In this document: positions 36,497 through 46,425 of the stretch, in pieces | Position numbering within the stretch: the first letter of the stretch is position 1 | Layout: each line of letters begins with the position of its first letter | Assembly (NCBI GenBank): GCA_964446625.1 | Contig: CAYUPH010000001.1 | Span: 6,283-70,282, forward strand | Reading direction: 5' to 3' | Length of the DNA stretch: 64,000 nt | Source: an uncultured Candidatus Saccharibacteria bacterium | Lineage (GTDB): Bacteria > Patescibacteriota > Minisyncoccia > Phycocordibacterales > CAIRYW01 | The notes under the pieces: generated by a model | Told to the model about the DNA's origin: nothing | What the model saw: the letters and a program-made list of their open reading frames with translations, nothing else | The model's database searches: none | Translations under genes and position numbers: made by a program

Positions 36497-36522
36497 GGTC
36501 CCGCCGCGTTAGCGGCGGGACC
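36497..36522. other. stable GC hairpin between tuf and rpsJ (GGTCCCGCCGC-gtta-GCGGCGGGACC), no U tract on the coding strand
   Basis: Perfect 11-bp stem; on the minus strand it is followed by AAAGAAAA, so it is not a canonical terminator. Confidence 0.4.
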
Positions 36523-36529
36523 TTTTAGA

Positions 36530-37720
36530 TTATTTTACAATCTTTGTCACCACTCCCGCTCCTACTGTTTTACCTCCTTCTCGAATCGCAAATCGCTGCT
36601 TTTCTTCAAGAGCAACAGGGGCAACTAGTTTTACTTTAAAAGTAACTGTATCTCCTGGCATAACCATTTCTACTCCTTCGTTTAGTGTTACTTCTCCAGT
36701 AACGTCAGTTGTTCGGATGTAGAACTGTGGTTTGTATCCTGTGAAGAATGGTGTGTGTCGTCCTCCTTCTTCCTTCTTTAGGATGTACACTTCTGATTCG
36801 AAATCAGTGTGTGGAGTTACAGAACCTGTCTTCGCAAGAACCTGTCCTCGAGTGATGTCTTCTTTTTTAAGACCTCGAAGAAGGATTCCAGCGTTGTCTC
36901 CAGCCATTCCTTCGTTAAGCTGTTTGTTGAACATTTCAATACCTGTAATTGTAGTCTTTGCAGTGTCTTTTAGACCTACAATTTCAACTTCTTCTCCTAC
37001 TTTACAGATACCTCGTTCGATTCGTCCTGTTACTACTGTTCCTCGTCCTTCAATAGAGAAGATGTCCTCTACTGGCATAAGGAAAGGTTTGTCAGTTTCT
37101 CGAACTGGAACTGGGATGTATGTATCGAGAGCTTCAGTAAGCTTTAGAACAGCCTGTGACCATTCATCATCTGTTCCTGTAGCTTCTAGAGCTTTTAGTC
37201 CAGAACCTCGGATAACTGGGCAGTCTTTGTCATACCCCTGGCTTCCTAGGAGGTCTCGAACCTCTTCTTCTACAAGGTCAATAAGTTCTTTGTCGGCTAC
37301 CATATCGCATTTGTTTAGGAATACGATAATCTTTGGCACACCTACTTGCTTAGCAAGAAGAACGTGCTCTCTAGTTTGAGGCATAACTCCGTCTGTCGCT
37401 GCAATTACAAGAATCGCACCGTCCATCTGAGCCGCACCAGTAATCATGTTCTTGATGTAGTCGGCGTGACCTGGAGCATCGATGTGAGCATAGTGTCGAG
37501 ACGCTGTAGAGTACTCGTTGTGAGAAAGGTTGATTGTAATTCCTCGTGCCTTCTCTTCTGGGGCGTTGTCAATTTGATCAACAGCCTTAAGCTTTACATC
37601 GTTACCTGCTCGTGCAAGTACATTCAAAATAGCCGCGGTAAGAGTAGTCTTTCCGTGGTCAACGTGGCCAATTGTACCTACGTTTACGTGAGGTTTTGAC
37701 CTATCAAAAACTTCTGCCAT
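36530..37720 (-). CDS. tuf: elongation factor Tu
   Basis: [20 protein letters not shown] and NKCD GTPase motifs; 396 aa. Confidence 0.95.
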   Translation of the reverse strand: MAEVFDRSKPHVNVGTIGHVDHGKTTLTAAILNVLARAGNDVKLKAVDQIDNAPEEKARGITINLSHNEYSTASRHYAHIDAPGHADYIKNMITGAAQMDGAILVIAATDGVMPQTREHVLLAKQVGVPKIIVFLNKCDMVADKELIDLVEEEVRDLLGSQGYDKDCPVIRGSGLKALEATGTDDEWSQAVLKLTEALDTYIPVPVRETDKPFLMPVEDIFSIEGRGTVVTGRIERGICKVGEEVEIVGLKDTAKTTITGIEMFNKQLNEGMAGDNAGILLRGLKKEDITRGQVLAKTGSVTPHTDFESEVYILKKEEGGRHTPFFTGYKPQFYIRTTDVTGEVTLNEGVEMVMPGDTVTFKVKLVAPVALEEKQRFAIREGGKTVGAGVVTKIVK

Positions 37721-37861
37721 AGTGTTTTTTTATTAGTTTTATAATTTGGAACTAATTCTCCTTAAGAAAAGGCGCGAGATTGCCTTTCTTAAAGTAACTT
37801 AGAACCGGTTTTTTTAATATTAGCAGTCTTGTAGCTCGTCTCTTTAGAACAAGAAACAAAA

Positions 37862-37910
37862 GACGCGTGTCCCGTATACTAACAAAATTTAAGTTTCTGT
37901 CAAATTTTGA
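37862..37910 (-). promoter_or_regulatory. putative tuf promoter: -35 TTGACA, 17-bp spacer, -10 TAGTAT; perfect palindrome GTCAAAATTTGAC overlaps the -35
   Basis: Consensus-like boxes on the minus strand about 150 nt upstream of tuf; SD AAGGAG precedes the start. Confidence 0.4.
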
Positions 37911-37919
37911 CTCTTTCCT

Positions 37920-38516
37920 CTACTCAATAAGACCGATTTTGTTGTAAATCACCTGGTGAGGGTAGTCGAAAACATCCCGAACGAGCTTGTCCCCAATACT
38001 AAGGCGGTACTTAAAGTCTTCTGTATCAAGAAGACAATAACTGATTTCCTTGCCGAGCTCTGACTCAATTTCCTTCAAAGTACGATCCAAACCATTTTTC
38101 TTGAACTTATCCCCTACAACTAGCATATCCACTCTACTTTCCGGATTATTTGGGTCGTTTAGAAAAACTCCCGCTACGACACTGAGTCTTAGTCTCCCTG
38201 ATTTTTGAAGTCGTCTAATAATTGCATCCTCTGTAAAAGTGGTTACTTTCATAAGGAATTCCCTGAGGTCATGCGTAAATGCAAAATTAGGATTAAAAAA
38301 GAAAACGCGCTTGTAGTGGGCTTTTTCACGGACTTTTCTTGATTTTACAAGTGAAATTTTTGAAAGCACCCCAAGCTGTCGTTTTACATCACTCTCGCTT
38401 CCTTTAATTTTTTGCTTTACCTCTGAAAGAGTAAACTGCAATTCTGGGTTAAAAATAAAGAGTTTTACCAGTTTTACCTTTGTCGCACTTCCAAATAATT
38501 TTTCTAAAATATCCAT
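37920..38516 (-). CDS. hypothetical protein (198 aa) between rplL and tuf
   Basis: Clean ORF with no recognisable motif. Confidence 0.5.
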   Translation of the reverse strand: MDILEKLFGSATKVKLVKLFIFNPELQFTLSEVKQKIKGSESDVKRQLGVLSKISLVKSRKVREKAHYKRVFFFNPNFAFTHDLREFLMKVTTFTEDAIIRRLQKSGRLRLSVVAGVFLNDPNNPESRVDMLVVGDKFKKNGLDRTLKEIESELGKEISYCLLDTEDFKYRLSIGDKLVRDVFDYPHQVIYNKIGLIE

Positions 38517-38542
38517 ATTGTGATTGTACCAAAAAAAGGAGA

Positions 38543-38578
38543 AAGCAAAAACCGCCCGAAGGGCGGTTTTTGTGTTGT
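38543..38578. terminator. bidirectional terminator after rplL (AAAACCGCCC-gaa-GGGCGGTTTTT)
   Basis: GC hairpin flanked by A and T runs. Confidence 0.6.
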
Positions 38579-38607
38579 TTTGGTTTTTTGACCAAAAGTA
38601 GGAAAAA

Positions 38608-38976
38608 CTACTTAAGTGTTACTTTTCCTCCAGCATCTTCAATCTGTTTCTTGATTGAATCAGCTTCTTCCTTCTTTACTCCTTCCTTCAGAACTTTTGG
38701 AGCAGAATCAACTGCACCCTTTGCTTCTGCAAGACCGAGACCAAGGATTTCTTTTACAACTTTAATAACTGCAATCTTGTTTGCTCCAGCGTCTGTAAGC
38801 TCAATAGCAAAGCTTGACTGCTCTTCAGCAGCAGAAGCTCCAGCTCCTGCAGCAGGTGCAGCAGCAACAGCAGCTGCAGAAACACCGAATTTTTCTTCGA
38901 TTGCCTTTACAAGATCGTTCAGTTCGAGAACTGAAGCATTCTCTAGGTCAGACAAAAATGAATCAAATTTTGACAT
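38608..38976 (-). CDS. rplL: 50S ribosomal protein L7/L12
   Basis: Ala-rich hinge and the C-terminal [30 protein letters not shown]. Confidence 0.85.
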   Translation of the reverse strand: MSKFDSFLSDLENASVLELNDLVKAIEEKFGVSAAAVAAAPAAGAGASAAEEQSSFAIELTDAGANKIAVIKVVKEILGLGLAEAKGAVDSAPKVLKEGVKKEEADSIKKQIEDAGGKVTLK

Positions 38977-38994
38977 AATGGATTTGTTTAACTA

Positions 38995-39483
38995 CTAATT
39001 CTTTTTCTTTGCAACTTCGTTTACTGCAATAGCAATTCGTTGCATTGGGCTCTTCAAAAGGAAAGCAATCTGAGAAAGAAGAACTTCTCGAGATGGAATA
39101 GAAGCAATTGCTTTCATAGCATCTCTGTTTTTGTATTCTCCTTCAAAAACTCCACCAAGAATCTTGATTTTGTCTTTAAGCTTTTTCTCAAATTCGTTTA
39201 CTTCTCGAGCAGGAGAAAGCTGGTCTACCCCATAAGCGATGGCAAACTCTCCTTCTAGCTCAGGAATTTCTCCCTTGTAGCCTCTTTCCTGAAGAACTTT
39301 CTTTGCAAGAGTTTTCTTTGCAACTGAAAATGAAACATTTTCTGCACGAAGAGCCTTTCGCAATTCTGTTACTTCAGACACAGGAAGACCTTTAAATCCA
39401 ACAAAAACCACTGACCCAGCGTCAGAAAGACCTTTTGTTAGTTTTTCTAAAATCTCTTCCTTTTTTGCTCGTGTAATTGGCAT
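38995..39483 (-). CDS. rplJ: 50S ribosomal protein L10
   Basis: L10 family sequence; immediately upstream of rplL. Confidence 0.85.
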   Translation of the reverse strand: MPITRAKKEEILEKLTKGLSDAGSVVFVGFKGLPVSEVTELRKALRAENVSFSVAKKTLAKKVLQERGYKGEIPELEGEFAIAYGVDQLSPAREVNEFEKKLKDKIKILGGVFEGEYKNRDAMKAIASIPSREVLLSQIAFLLKSPMQRIAIAVNEVAKKKN

Positions 39484-39649
39484 ATGTAAGAACTTTTTCT
39501 TTTAACACAAAATCGACCTCTTCAGGGCCTCAAACGCACATAGAGTGAGCATAAATACTCAATACCTCGATAGGTCTTAATCGCTTTTGGCGTGCCTATT
39601 GTCTTTGGCCTGATAAAAGCAGTCTACAAGAAAACACTAAAAAGTCAAA

Positions 39650-40951
39650 CTATTTTGCTCCTAAAATTGCGTTTAGTTTTTCTCTGGTCTTTGGACCCAC
39701 AGTACCTGTTTGAGACACGCCAACTGAGGCTTGGAATCGCTTTACCGCTCCTTCTGTTGCTCTACCAAAGTAAGTTGTTTCTTTTCCTCTTGAGCCATTT
39801 CCAGTTGTCGCAATAGCAAAACCTATTTGATTTAAAACTGTTTGTAGAGCCTTCACCTCAGTATCACTGACTCCAAAATACAAAGTTTTAGTAAAAGTAA
39901 AACCTGAACCCATATTAAATACTCCTTCAGTAGCGCCAAAATTACCACCTACAGCTACCGTATTTCCTGTATCCCCATATGCAATATACGATGTTGAAGG
40001 TTGTGGTATGTACCCTGGATATTTACCTTGTACATATTGCTGTTCTGATGCTGATCCTCCGTTTGTATATAAGAAGTAGGCACCGTCCGCTGTTTTTACA
40101 TATCCAGAAGGATTAGTTCCGTAAGCGACTGTATTTTTTATTGAAGAATCATACGAAGGGTACTTTGACGTACTCTGCCGTATATATCCACTAGGAAGAT
40201 TATTGTAATTATCATAATCTGTTTGAATTTGATTATCATAAGATACATATGACCCCTCTTGTCTATAATTTACATAGTACTTACTTGGATTATCCTTAGT
40301 TGAAGTACCGTTGGAATAAGAAAAACTTGATGTGCTCATCACAACATAATTCCCAATGTAACTTCCATAAACAGATGACGTACTTGTTGTACCGTACCCA
40401 AAGCTTCTGTAGCCAGTTGTAGTAGCATATCCGTAACTACCTACTGGCGTAGATGTTGCTGTGTTGGGATAGTTTCCAAATCCACTTCCTCTATCATTAG
40501 GAATGTCAATAAGATTTATTTGCAGACTCTTTTCAGTATCCTTTTTAGGAGATCCATTATCTGTTACTTTTACCCTAAGAGTAAAACTATGGTATTTTTC
40601 GTAATCCAAAAGAATAGGTGTCCGAATGTATACATATCCTAACTGATCAATTCCAAAAGCTGTTGCGCTTGTGTTTCCTGTCTTGTGAGGATTACCTGAC
40701 ACAATTTCAAACTTATGACTCTGATTTTCATTATTATTTGTAACAACAACTTGGGCAATCGGAAATGAATGATCACTGTTTTCATAAAATTCTATAACAC
40801 AATCCGCTTCACATTTATCACCAGAAAAGAACCAAGCTAATTCAGGTGGTTGATTTGGTGTACTCGTAGCTGTTGTTGTTGCAGTGTCCGCGTACGAAAG
40901 TAGAGGGGTAAAAAAGAAAAGTGCAAATATAAAAAGATGTATTTTTTTCAT
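39650..40951 (-). CDS. secreted protein: signal peptide, cadherin-like domain, Tyr/Ser/Thr/Gly-rich low-complexity region, C-terminal peptidoglycan-binding-like domain
   Basis: Signal peptide MKKIHLFIFALFFFTPLLSYA. Cadherin-like pattern (VVTNNNENQSHKFEIV...LDYEKYHSFTLRVKVTDNG...INLIDIPND). C-terminal LQTVLNQIGF...GRATEGAVKRFQASVGVSQTGTVGPKT resembles PG_binding_1. Confidence 0.6.
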   Translation of the reverse strand: MKKIHLFIFALFFFTPLLSYADTATTTATSTPNQPPELAWFFSGDKCEADCVIEFYENSDHSFPIAQVVVTNNNENQSHKFEIVSGNPHKTGNTSATAFGIDQLGYVYIRTPILLDYEKYHSFTLRVKVTDNGSPKKDTEKSLQINLIDIPNDRGSGFGNYPNTATSTPVGSYGYATTTGYRSFGYGTTSTSSVYGSYIGNYVVMSTSSFSYSNGTSTKDNPSKYYVNYRQEGSYVSYDNQIQTDYDNYNNLPSGYIRQSTSKYPSYDSSIKNTVAYGTNPSGYVKTADGAYFLYTNGGSASEQQYVQGKYPGYIPQPSTSYIAYGDTGNTVAVGGNFGATEGVFNMGSGFTFTKTLYFGVSDTEVKALQTVLNQIGFAIATTGNGSRGKETTYFGRATEGAVKRFQASVGVSQTGTVGPKTREKLNAILGAK

Positions 40952-40974
40952 GCTTTTTATTATACCAACACTTT

Positions 40975-41010
40975 CAAAACAAAAAAATCCCCTACTGGGG
41001 ATTTTTTTGT
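40975..41010. terminator. bidirectional terminator after fusA (AAATCCCCAGTAGGGGATTT)
   Basis: Palindromic hairpin with flanking A and T runs. Confidence 0.6.
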
Positions 41011-41016
41011 TTTGAA

Positions 41017-43158
41017 TTACTTTCGAGATTCAACGATTGTTTTCTCAACGTTTGGTGGAACAACCTCATAGTGATCGAATTCCATTGTTGAGCTCGCTCG
41101 TCCTTCTGTAAGAGATCGAAGACTTGTAACATATCCGAACATTTCAGAAAGTGGCACCATGGCAAGGATTACTTTGTTTTGACCTCGGTCTCCCATAGAA
41201 ACGATTTGAGCTCGCTTTGAGTTAAGGTTTCCAGTAACGTCTCCCATGAATTTCTCTGGAGTCACTACCTCAACTTTCATAATAGGCTCAAGAATCACAG
41301 GTCGCGCTCGCTTTGCAGCATCTTGGAATGCCTGGCTCGCAGCAATCTTGTAGGCAATTTCAGATGAGTCCACATCATGGTAACTACCGAATGTAAGTTC
41401 ACAAGATACATTTACAAGGTTAAAGCCTGCAACAATTCCTCGCTCCATCGCTTCTTTTACACCTTTTTCAACAGCAGGGATAAATTCTCCTGGAATAACT
41501 CCTCCTTTAATTGAGTCAATAAACTCAAATCCTTCTTCTCTGTGCACATTTTTTGGAATCTTCTCTCCTTCTGGCCACGCTTCTAGAGGCTTGATTGTAA
41601 TCTTAACGTGTCCGTACTGTCCTTTACCTCCAGACTGTTTAATATATTTGTGCTCAGCCTCAGCAGAACCTTGAATTGTTTCTCGGTATGCTACCTGTGG
41701 CTTACCAACATTTGCTTCCACGTTAAACTCTCGCTTCATTCGGTCGATCATAATTTCGAGATGAAGCTCTCCCATACCTGCGATAAGTGTCTCGCCAGTT
41801 TCTTGGTTTGATGAAATTCTAAATGTTGGATCTTCATCAGAAAGTTTCTTGAGAGCCATACCCATTTTCTCCTGGTCTGCTTTTGTCTTTGGTTCAATTC
41901 GAAGAGACACTACTGGCTCAGCAAATTTAATTGGGTCAAGAATAATTGGTTTTGTTTCATCACAGAATGTATGAGAAGTCTTCGCTTCCTTTAGTCCTAC
42001 CGCAGCCGCAATTTCTCCTGCAAAAACTTTCTTTACTTCTTCTCGCTTGTTTGCTTGAAGTCGTACGATTCGTCCAAGTCGCTCTTTGTTTCCTGTAGTT
42101 GAGTTATAAAGATAACTTCCAGCTTCAACAGTTCCTGAATACACTCTAAAGAATGTGAGCTGTCCTACGAATGGATCCGTTTGAAGTTTGAACGCAAGAG
42201 CTGCAAATGGCTCATCGTCTTTTGCATGTCTTACGATTTCTTCGTTTGTATTTGGATCGATTCCTTTTACTGCTGGAATATCAAGAGGAGATGGTAGGTA
42301 TTCAATAACCGCATCGAGTACAAGCTGAACTCCTTTGTTCTTAAGAGCTGACCCTGTAAACACCGGGAAAAACTGGTTTGCAATTGTTGCTTTTCGAATT
42401 GTTTCTTTTAGAAGTTCGATAGAAATTTCTTTTCCTTCAAGGTACGCAGCCATAAGCGCGTCATCAAATTCAACAACCTTCTCAACAAGAATCGCTCTAT
42501 ATTTTTTAGCATCTTCAAGGAGTTCTGCTGGAATTTCAACTTCAGTTACTTTGTTTCCCATTTCTCCTTCAAAGCGATACGCTTTCATTTTAAGTAGATC
42601 AACAACCCCTTCGTGTTTATCTTCTTCTCCAATTGGAATCTGCATTCGAACAGCGTTTTTGTTTAGCCTTTCGATGATCGATTGGAAACTTCTCTCAAAA
42701 CTTCCTCCTGTTCGGTCAAGTTTATTGATGAAACAAATTCGCGGTACATGGTATTTGTCGGCTTGTCGCCATACAGTTTCTGACTGTGGCTCTACTCCGG
42801 CTACTCCGTCGAATACAACAACTCCACCGTCGAGAACCTTTAGTGATCGCTCTACCTCCACGGTAAAGTCCACGTGACCCGGTGTGTCGATGATGTTAAA
42901 TCGGTGCTTCTTTGAAGTATCAGCACCCATGTATGTTGGATTCCAAAAACAAGTAATCGCAGCAGCAGTAATTGTAATACCTCGCTCTTTTTCTTGTTCC
43001 ATCCAGTCGGTTGTTGCCTCTCCTTCGTGTACCTCCCCAATTTTGTGGGACATACCCGTGTAATAAAGAATACGCTCAGAAGTTGTTGTCTTTCCGGCGT
43101 CAATGTGAGCGATAATTCCGAAGTTTCGGACTCGCTCGAGTGGATAATCTCGATTCAT
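41017..43158 (-). CDS. fusA: elongation factor G
   Basis: AHIDAGKTT GTPase motifs, EF-G domains II-V, 713 aa. Confidence 0.95.
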   Translation of the reverse strand: MNRDYPLERVRNFGIIAHIDAGKTTTSERILYYTGMSHKIGEVHEGEATTDWMEQEKERGITITAAAITCFWNPTYMGADTSKKHRFNIIDTPGHVDFTVEVERSLKVLDGGVVVFDGVAGVEPQSETVWRQADKYHVPRICFINKLDRTGGSFERSFQSIIERLNKNAVRMQIPIGEEDKHEGVVDLLKMKAYRFEGEMGNKVTEVEIPAELLEDAKKYRAILVEKVVEFDDALMAAYLEGKEISIELLKETIRKATIANQFFPVFTGSALKNKGVQLVLDAVIEYLPSPLDIPAVKGIDPNTNEEIVRHAKDDEPFAALAFKLQTDPFVGQLTFFRVYSGTVEAGSYLYNSTTGNKERLGRIVRLQANKREEVKKVFAGEIAAAVGLKEAKTSHTFCDETKPIILDPIKFAEPVVSLRIEPKTKADQEKMGMALKKLSDEDPTFRISSNQETGETLIAGMGELHLEIMIDRMKREFNVEANVGKPQVAYRETIQGSAEAEHKYIKQSGGKGQYGHVKITIKPLEAWPEGEKIPKNVHREEGFEFIDSIKGGVIPGEFIPAVEKGVKEAMERGIVAGFNLVNVSCELTFGSYHDVDSSEIAYKIAASQAFQDAAKRARPVILEPIMKVEVVTPEKFMGDVTGNLNSKRAQIVSMGDRGQNKVILAMVPLSEMFGYVTSLRSLTEGRASSTMEFDHYEVVPPNVEKTIVESRK

Positions 43159-43263
43159 ATACTGTTAATTAATGAGGCTCCCGGCCTCCAATAAATAAAA
43201 AACGAAGGGGTTTCTTCGTGCCCTATAATCTAACGCATTTTCCAAATAAAAGCAAAGTAACTT

Positions 43264-44259
43264 TTAGACAAGAAGGACAAGGCTTGGGAAAAGCGCTCTG
43301 TATGCAAGAAATCCTCCAAGGAGAATTGTAAAAGAAACAACAGCAAAGAAAACCTGTGTCAGGTGATGTGCTCTAAGAGAGCGAACAAGTAAGGTAAGAG
43401 AGAGAAGGACAAGAAGTGCGAGGAGGGCGTAAAGGTATGGAATAAAGCTTGGAAGCTTTTCGAGCGCGAGCAAAACCCTCTCTTTAAACGCAGTTCCCTC
43501 TGGAGTTACTTTTATTTCTTCTGTTGTCGCAAGTCCAAGAACTTCTGTTGAAGAAGCAAGTGCTTCTGCCCTCTCTTCTGAAACGACAAGTGGTGTTGAA
43601 GTAGCTTTCAAAGATTCTTCTTTCTGCTCTTTTGGAAGGATTGCTTCTGCAATCGCTTTTGAAAAACTTTTTGATTTTGGACTACCAAACATTTGAACCA
43701 CAAACACCGACTCTTTACCGTCTACTTTCCCTTTTATTGCGGCAACACCAATTTCTGTATAGTGATTATTTAAAATATTCGCTCGGTGTGTAGGAGAATT
43801 CATCCACGCCTCTGTCACCTCTTCTGATTCAGAAAAATTGATAGCAAGATTTTCTCCCGCGTACTCATATTCGTATCCAGATTCTTTAATAAAATCCCAT
43901 GGAGCGCGACCATCAGGAGTAAAGTGCGCAAAGTATCCACGACTAATCATATCTTCCGCTTTTTTCTCTGCCGCCAATGTAAGCTCCGTGCTCACTTTTA
44001 GGTTTCCGAGGTGTGCTTTCCCCCTCTCTTCATTTGAAAGAAGTGTGACAACTTCGGGGTAAATTGTTCCAATCAAAGTATCAGAAAAGAAAACGCTCCT
44101 ACTTATAAAACCAACTCCAATAATTAGAAGAGACAGAATCATTACAACGACAACCCCACTTTGCCTAAGCAAGTGGGGTGTGTAGTCGTTTCCCTCGTGG
44201 GGAAGAATTGCATTTTTGAGTAAAACTTTCATGGTGTTCACCAGATAATTATAACTCAA
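43264..44259 (-). CDS. CAP/SCP (YkwD-like) domain protein with N- and C-terminal TM segments
   Basis: GYFAHFTPDG...AWMNSPTHRANILNNHYTEIGVA resembles the CAP-domain signature. Confidence 0.55.
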   Translation of the reverse strand: MSYNYLVNTMKVLLKNAILPHEGNDYTPHLLRQSGVVVVMILSLLIIGVGFISRSVFFSDTLIGTIYPEVVTLLSNEERGKAHLGNLKVSTELTLAAEKKAEDMISRGYFAHFTPDGRAPWDFIKESGYEYEYAGENLAINFSESEEVTEAWMNSPTHRANILNNHYTEIGVAAIKGKVDGKESVFVVQMFGSPKSKSFSKAIAEAILPKEQKEESLKATSTPLVVSEERAEALASSTEVLGLATTEEIKVTPEGTAFKERVLLALEKLPSFIPYLYALLALLVLLSLTLLVRSLRAHHLTQVFFAVVSFTILLGGFLAYRALFPSLVLLV

Positions 44260-44267
44260 AACAAAAC

Positions 44268-44933
44268 TTATTTTAGTTCAGGCTGTGGAATATTAGCGTC
44301 GGGACACTTGTGAGTGTTGATAAACCACTGTGTCATTTTGTACGCGTATCCTGTTGGATTAAGTTGCTCAACCAATCCAGCATCTACCCATGGCTGAAGA
44401 ATTTCGTTTGTATACTTCGCCTGTAGTCTTCGAACTGCCCAGTAAGTAAGTTCTCCGAAAAATCCTGTAACAGGAAGTTTTTCTCCGTTGAACTCATTAA
44501 GGAAAGTCTGAAGTTTCTTTACCTCTTCTACATCGTTTGTCTGACCAATTCGCATGTAAGTTGTGAGGTAAGGCGCACAAGAAAGAGTCTCGCCGTTTGG
44601 ACCTGTTGAGGCACCAAGGACTGCAGCTCCTGATGGAACTGATGATCCTCCTCCAGAACTTCGTCGTGATCCAGATCGTGAACCACCGTTGTTGTTTGAA
44701 GATTCATTTGAACCAGAATCAATATCTCCATCTACAGTTGTTGTATCTGGATCTGGTGTAAATTCCTCTTCTGATTCAGCAGGGCTTTCGTCCACAGTTG
44801 TTGTGTCAGCGTCTGGTGCTGAATCTTCAACTGTAGTTGAATCGGCAACGGGTGCAGATTCCATTGCTCTTACTGTAGTTCCAAGTGCAACTAACATAGC
44901 AAGTGCAGCAAAAATACTTAAAGTTTTTTTCAT
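44268..44933 (-). CDS. secreted acidic-repeat protein with C-terminal peptidoglycan-binding-like domain
   Basis: Signal peptide, three TTTVD(E/G) acidic repeats (about 45-bp DNA direct repeats), Gly/Ser linker, C-terminal LQTFLNEFNG...GFFGELTYWAVRRLQAKY. Confidence 0.55.
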   Translation of the reverse strand: MKKTLSIFAALAMLVALGTTVRAMESAPVADSTTVEDSAPDADTTTVDESPAESEEEFTPDPDTTTVDGDIDSGSNESSNNNGGSRSGSRRSSGGGSSVPSGAAVLGASTGPNGETLSCAPYLTTYMRIGQTNDVEEVKKLQTFLNEFNGEKLPVTGFFGELTYWAVRRLQAKYTNEILQPWVDAGLVEQLNPTGYAYKMTQWFINTHKCPDANIPQPELK

Positions 44934-45003
44934 TTGTCTCTTAAATTACCGATAATTTTTCGGACTGTTAATAAACCAAAGATTAGCATAAATATAAAAA
45001 AAG

Positions 45004-45050
45004 TCAAGCCCCATTGCGCGAACGCATAGGGGCTTGCTCGATGACAAAGT
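45004..45050 (-). terminator. terminator for the G+C-rich gene (CAAGCCCCTATGCGTTCGCGCAATGGGGCTTG plus T7 on the minus strand)
   Basis: Long imperfect hairpin followed by a T run on the minus strand just downstream of the 45057 stop. Confidence 0.55.
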
Positions 45051-45056
45051 GGCGGG

Positions 45057-46043
45057 TTAGGGTGCACCGTCGGGAGAAGGTGCGGAGGCACCCATGAGGC
45101 TTTTCAGCCCCAAAGTCGCCTGCACCGGACAGACCTGCAATCTGTAGAACTGCCGCCCGAAGACGCTGGCGTCTCCGAACATCAGGGTGGCTACCCCCGT
45201 GGTCGCCCCATCGGCCCGCCGACTCCATGAAAGGAGATCAGATGAACTTTGGACACACACCACCAAACCTGCTGACTGGAGCGTAGGGTCAAAGACTTCG
45301 ACCTCGACCGTCCCGGCATTGACAGGGGTAAGGCGAGCAACCTCGTCCCATGCCAGCCCATGCCATGACACAAATGTTTGGGTTTCTGGGGATCCTTCCG
45401 AATCAGTGCCTCCAACGACCACAGTCAGCTTGAATCTGACTCGGTTGTTGTAACAGTAACGAAGAATCTGCCCGATGGCAGTCTCGGAGTTGGCTGTGAA
45501 TCCCACACCCACACCGCCATAATCAACACGGTCGCACATTCCTCCCGAGAGCCCGTAGGCCCTCCGGAAGTAGTTAAGAGGCAGCATTGAAGCTGTTGTA
45601 TCGATATTCCCTAGGATTGGATTGTCATCCGAACCTACGAAACTTTGCACGTGAAATGTGGTCTGAGCAAGATTGATTTTCCACCCATCCGTGGCAATAA
45701 TTGTCCCACCGAAGTGCGTGCGATTCCCATACTCTGAGGGCCCAGAGGCAGGCACCTCCCCTCGCCAAAGGCGAGAAAGAGTGGTGCTGGTAATAAGTTC
45801 GCGATAATTAACCGCGCCTCCAGGCTTCCAAACAGCCGCTGAGTAACCTGTCCCCACTGAAGGATTTGATGTGGCTAAGCCCTGCATACGATTGGATGCC
45901 CAGGCTTGCCAATCCACTCCCTCAACCGTATTGTTCACCCCTTCGCGGGGCGCAGCAGCGACTGAAGGGATGAAGGTGAATCCCGCCCACAGATGTGAGT
46001 AAGACAGAACGAGCGCCGCGAGGGTGCAAATCAGTTTTTTCAT
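45057..46043 (-). CDS. G+C-rich foreign-looking gene encoding a secreted protein (signal peptide MKKLICTLAALVLSYSHLWAG)
   Basis: About 1 kb of roughly 58-60% G+C (by eye) with ORFs in all frames. This frame has a signal peptide and a terminator. The ORF-track TTG-initiated extension to 46166 is rejected in favour of the ATG. Confidence 0.55.
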   Translation of the reverse strand: MKKLICTLAALVLSYSHLWAGFTFIPSVAAAPREGVNNTVEGVDWQAWASNRMQGLATSNPSVGTGYSAAVWKPGGAVNYRELITSTTLSRLWRGEVPASGPSEYGNRTHFGGTIIATDGWKINLAQTTFHVQSFVGSDDNPILGNIDTTASMLPLNYFRRAYGLSGGMCDRVDYGGVGVGFTANSETAIGQILRYCYNNRVRFKLTVVVGGTDSEGSPETQTFVSWHGLAWDEVARLTPVNAGTVEVEVFDPTLQSAGLVVCVQSSSDLLSWSRRADGATTGVATLMFGDASVFGRQFYRLQVCPVQATLGLKSLMGASAPSPDGAP

Positions 46044-46265
46044 GGTTTGGGTATAGTTGCGCGGGAGGAGTGAATCCGCCCGCAAGTTTAGATCAGTTCT
46101 CCTAGACACAGCACTCGCTGAATCAGGCTTTATGGAGGTTGTTTTTTGGGTTGATATAACCTTCAATTACACCTTTGTCGAAGAACTGGTACTGTCGCTA
46201 AGGATACACATTTTTTTCATTTTGTCAATACAAACAAAGCCTTCCCTTTGCCCCACCTCCCCCAT

Positions 46266-46369
46266 CTTCAAGGACCGTCCTTGTCAAATTTGAGCCTTAC
46301 TGCATAAGGGTTTTTTGATGACTTTTTTCTGCCCCCTCTCTTTTTTCTTCAAGGGCGGTCCTTGAAATA
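46266..46369. promoter_or_regulatory. two copies of a roughly 40-bp motif (tGCCCCaCCTCCCCCATCTTCAAGGACCGTCCTTGtcAAAT / tGCCCCCTCTCTTTTTTCTTCAAGGGCGGTCCTTGAAAT), each with a near-palindromic core TTCAAGGnCnGTCCTTGAA
   Basis: Direct repeat spaced about 82 bp apart, upstream of the G+C-rich secreted gene and downstream of the rpsG terminator. Confidence 0.35.
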
Positions 46370-46379
46370 TGGTTTCCAA

Positions 46380-46425
46380 AAAAACAAAAAGCACGGGCCG
46401 GAGGCCCGTGCTTTTTTTTCATTTT
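46380..46425. terminator. bidirectional terminator after rpsG (AGCACGGGCC-gga-GGCCCGTGCT between an A run and a T run)
   Basis: 10-bp GC hairpin with flanking A and T tracts. Confidence 0.6.

Noticed and set aside
45057-46293. Overlapping ORFs 45187..45453+, 45191..45415-, 45004..45228-, 45378..45590+ and 46057..46293+ in the second G+C-rich stretch
   Set aside because: The same high-G+C artefact. Only the long minus-strand frame with signal peptide and terminator is retained, and its TTG-initiated extension to 46166 is dropped in favour of the ATG at 46043.
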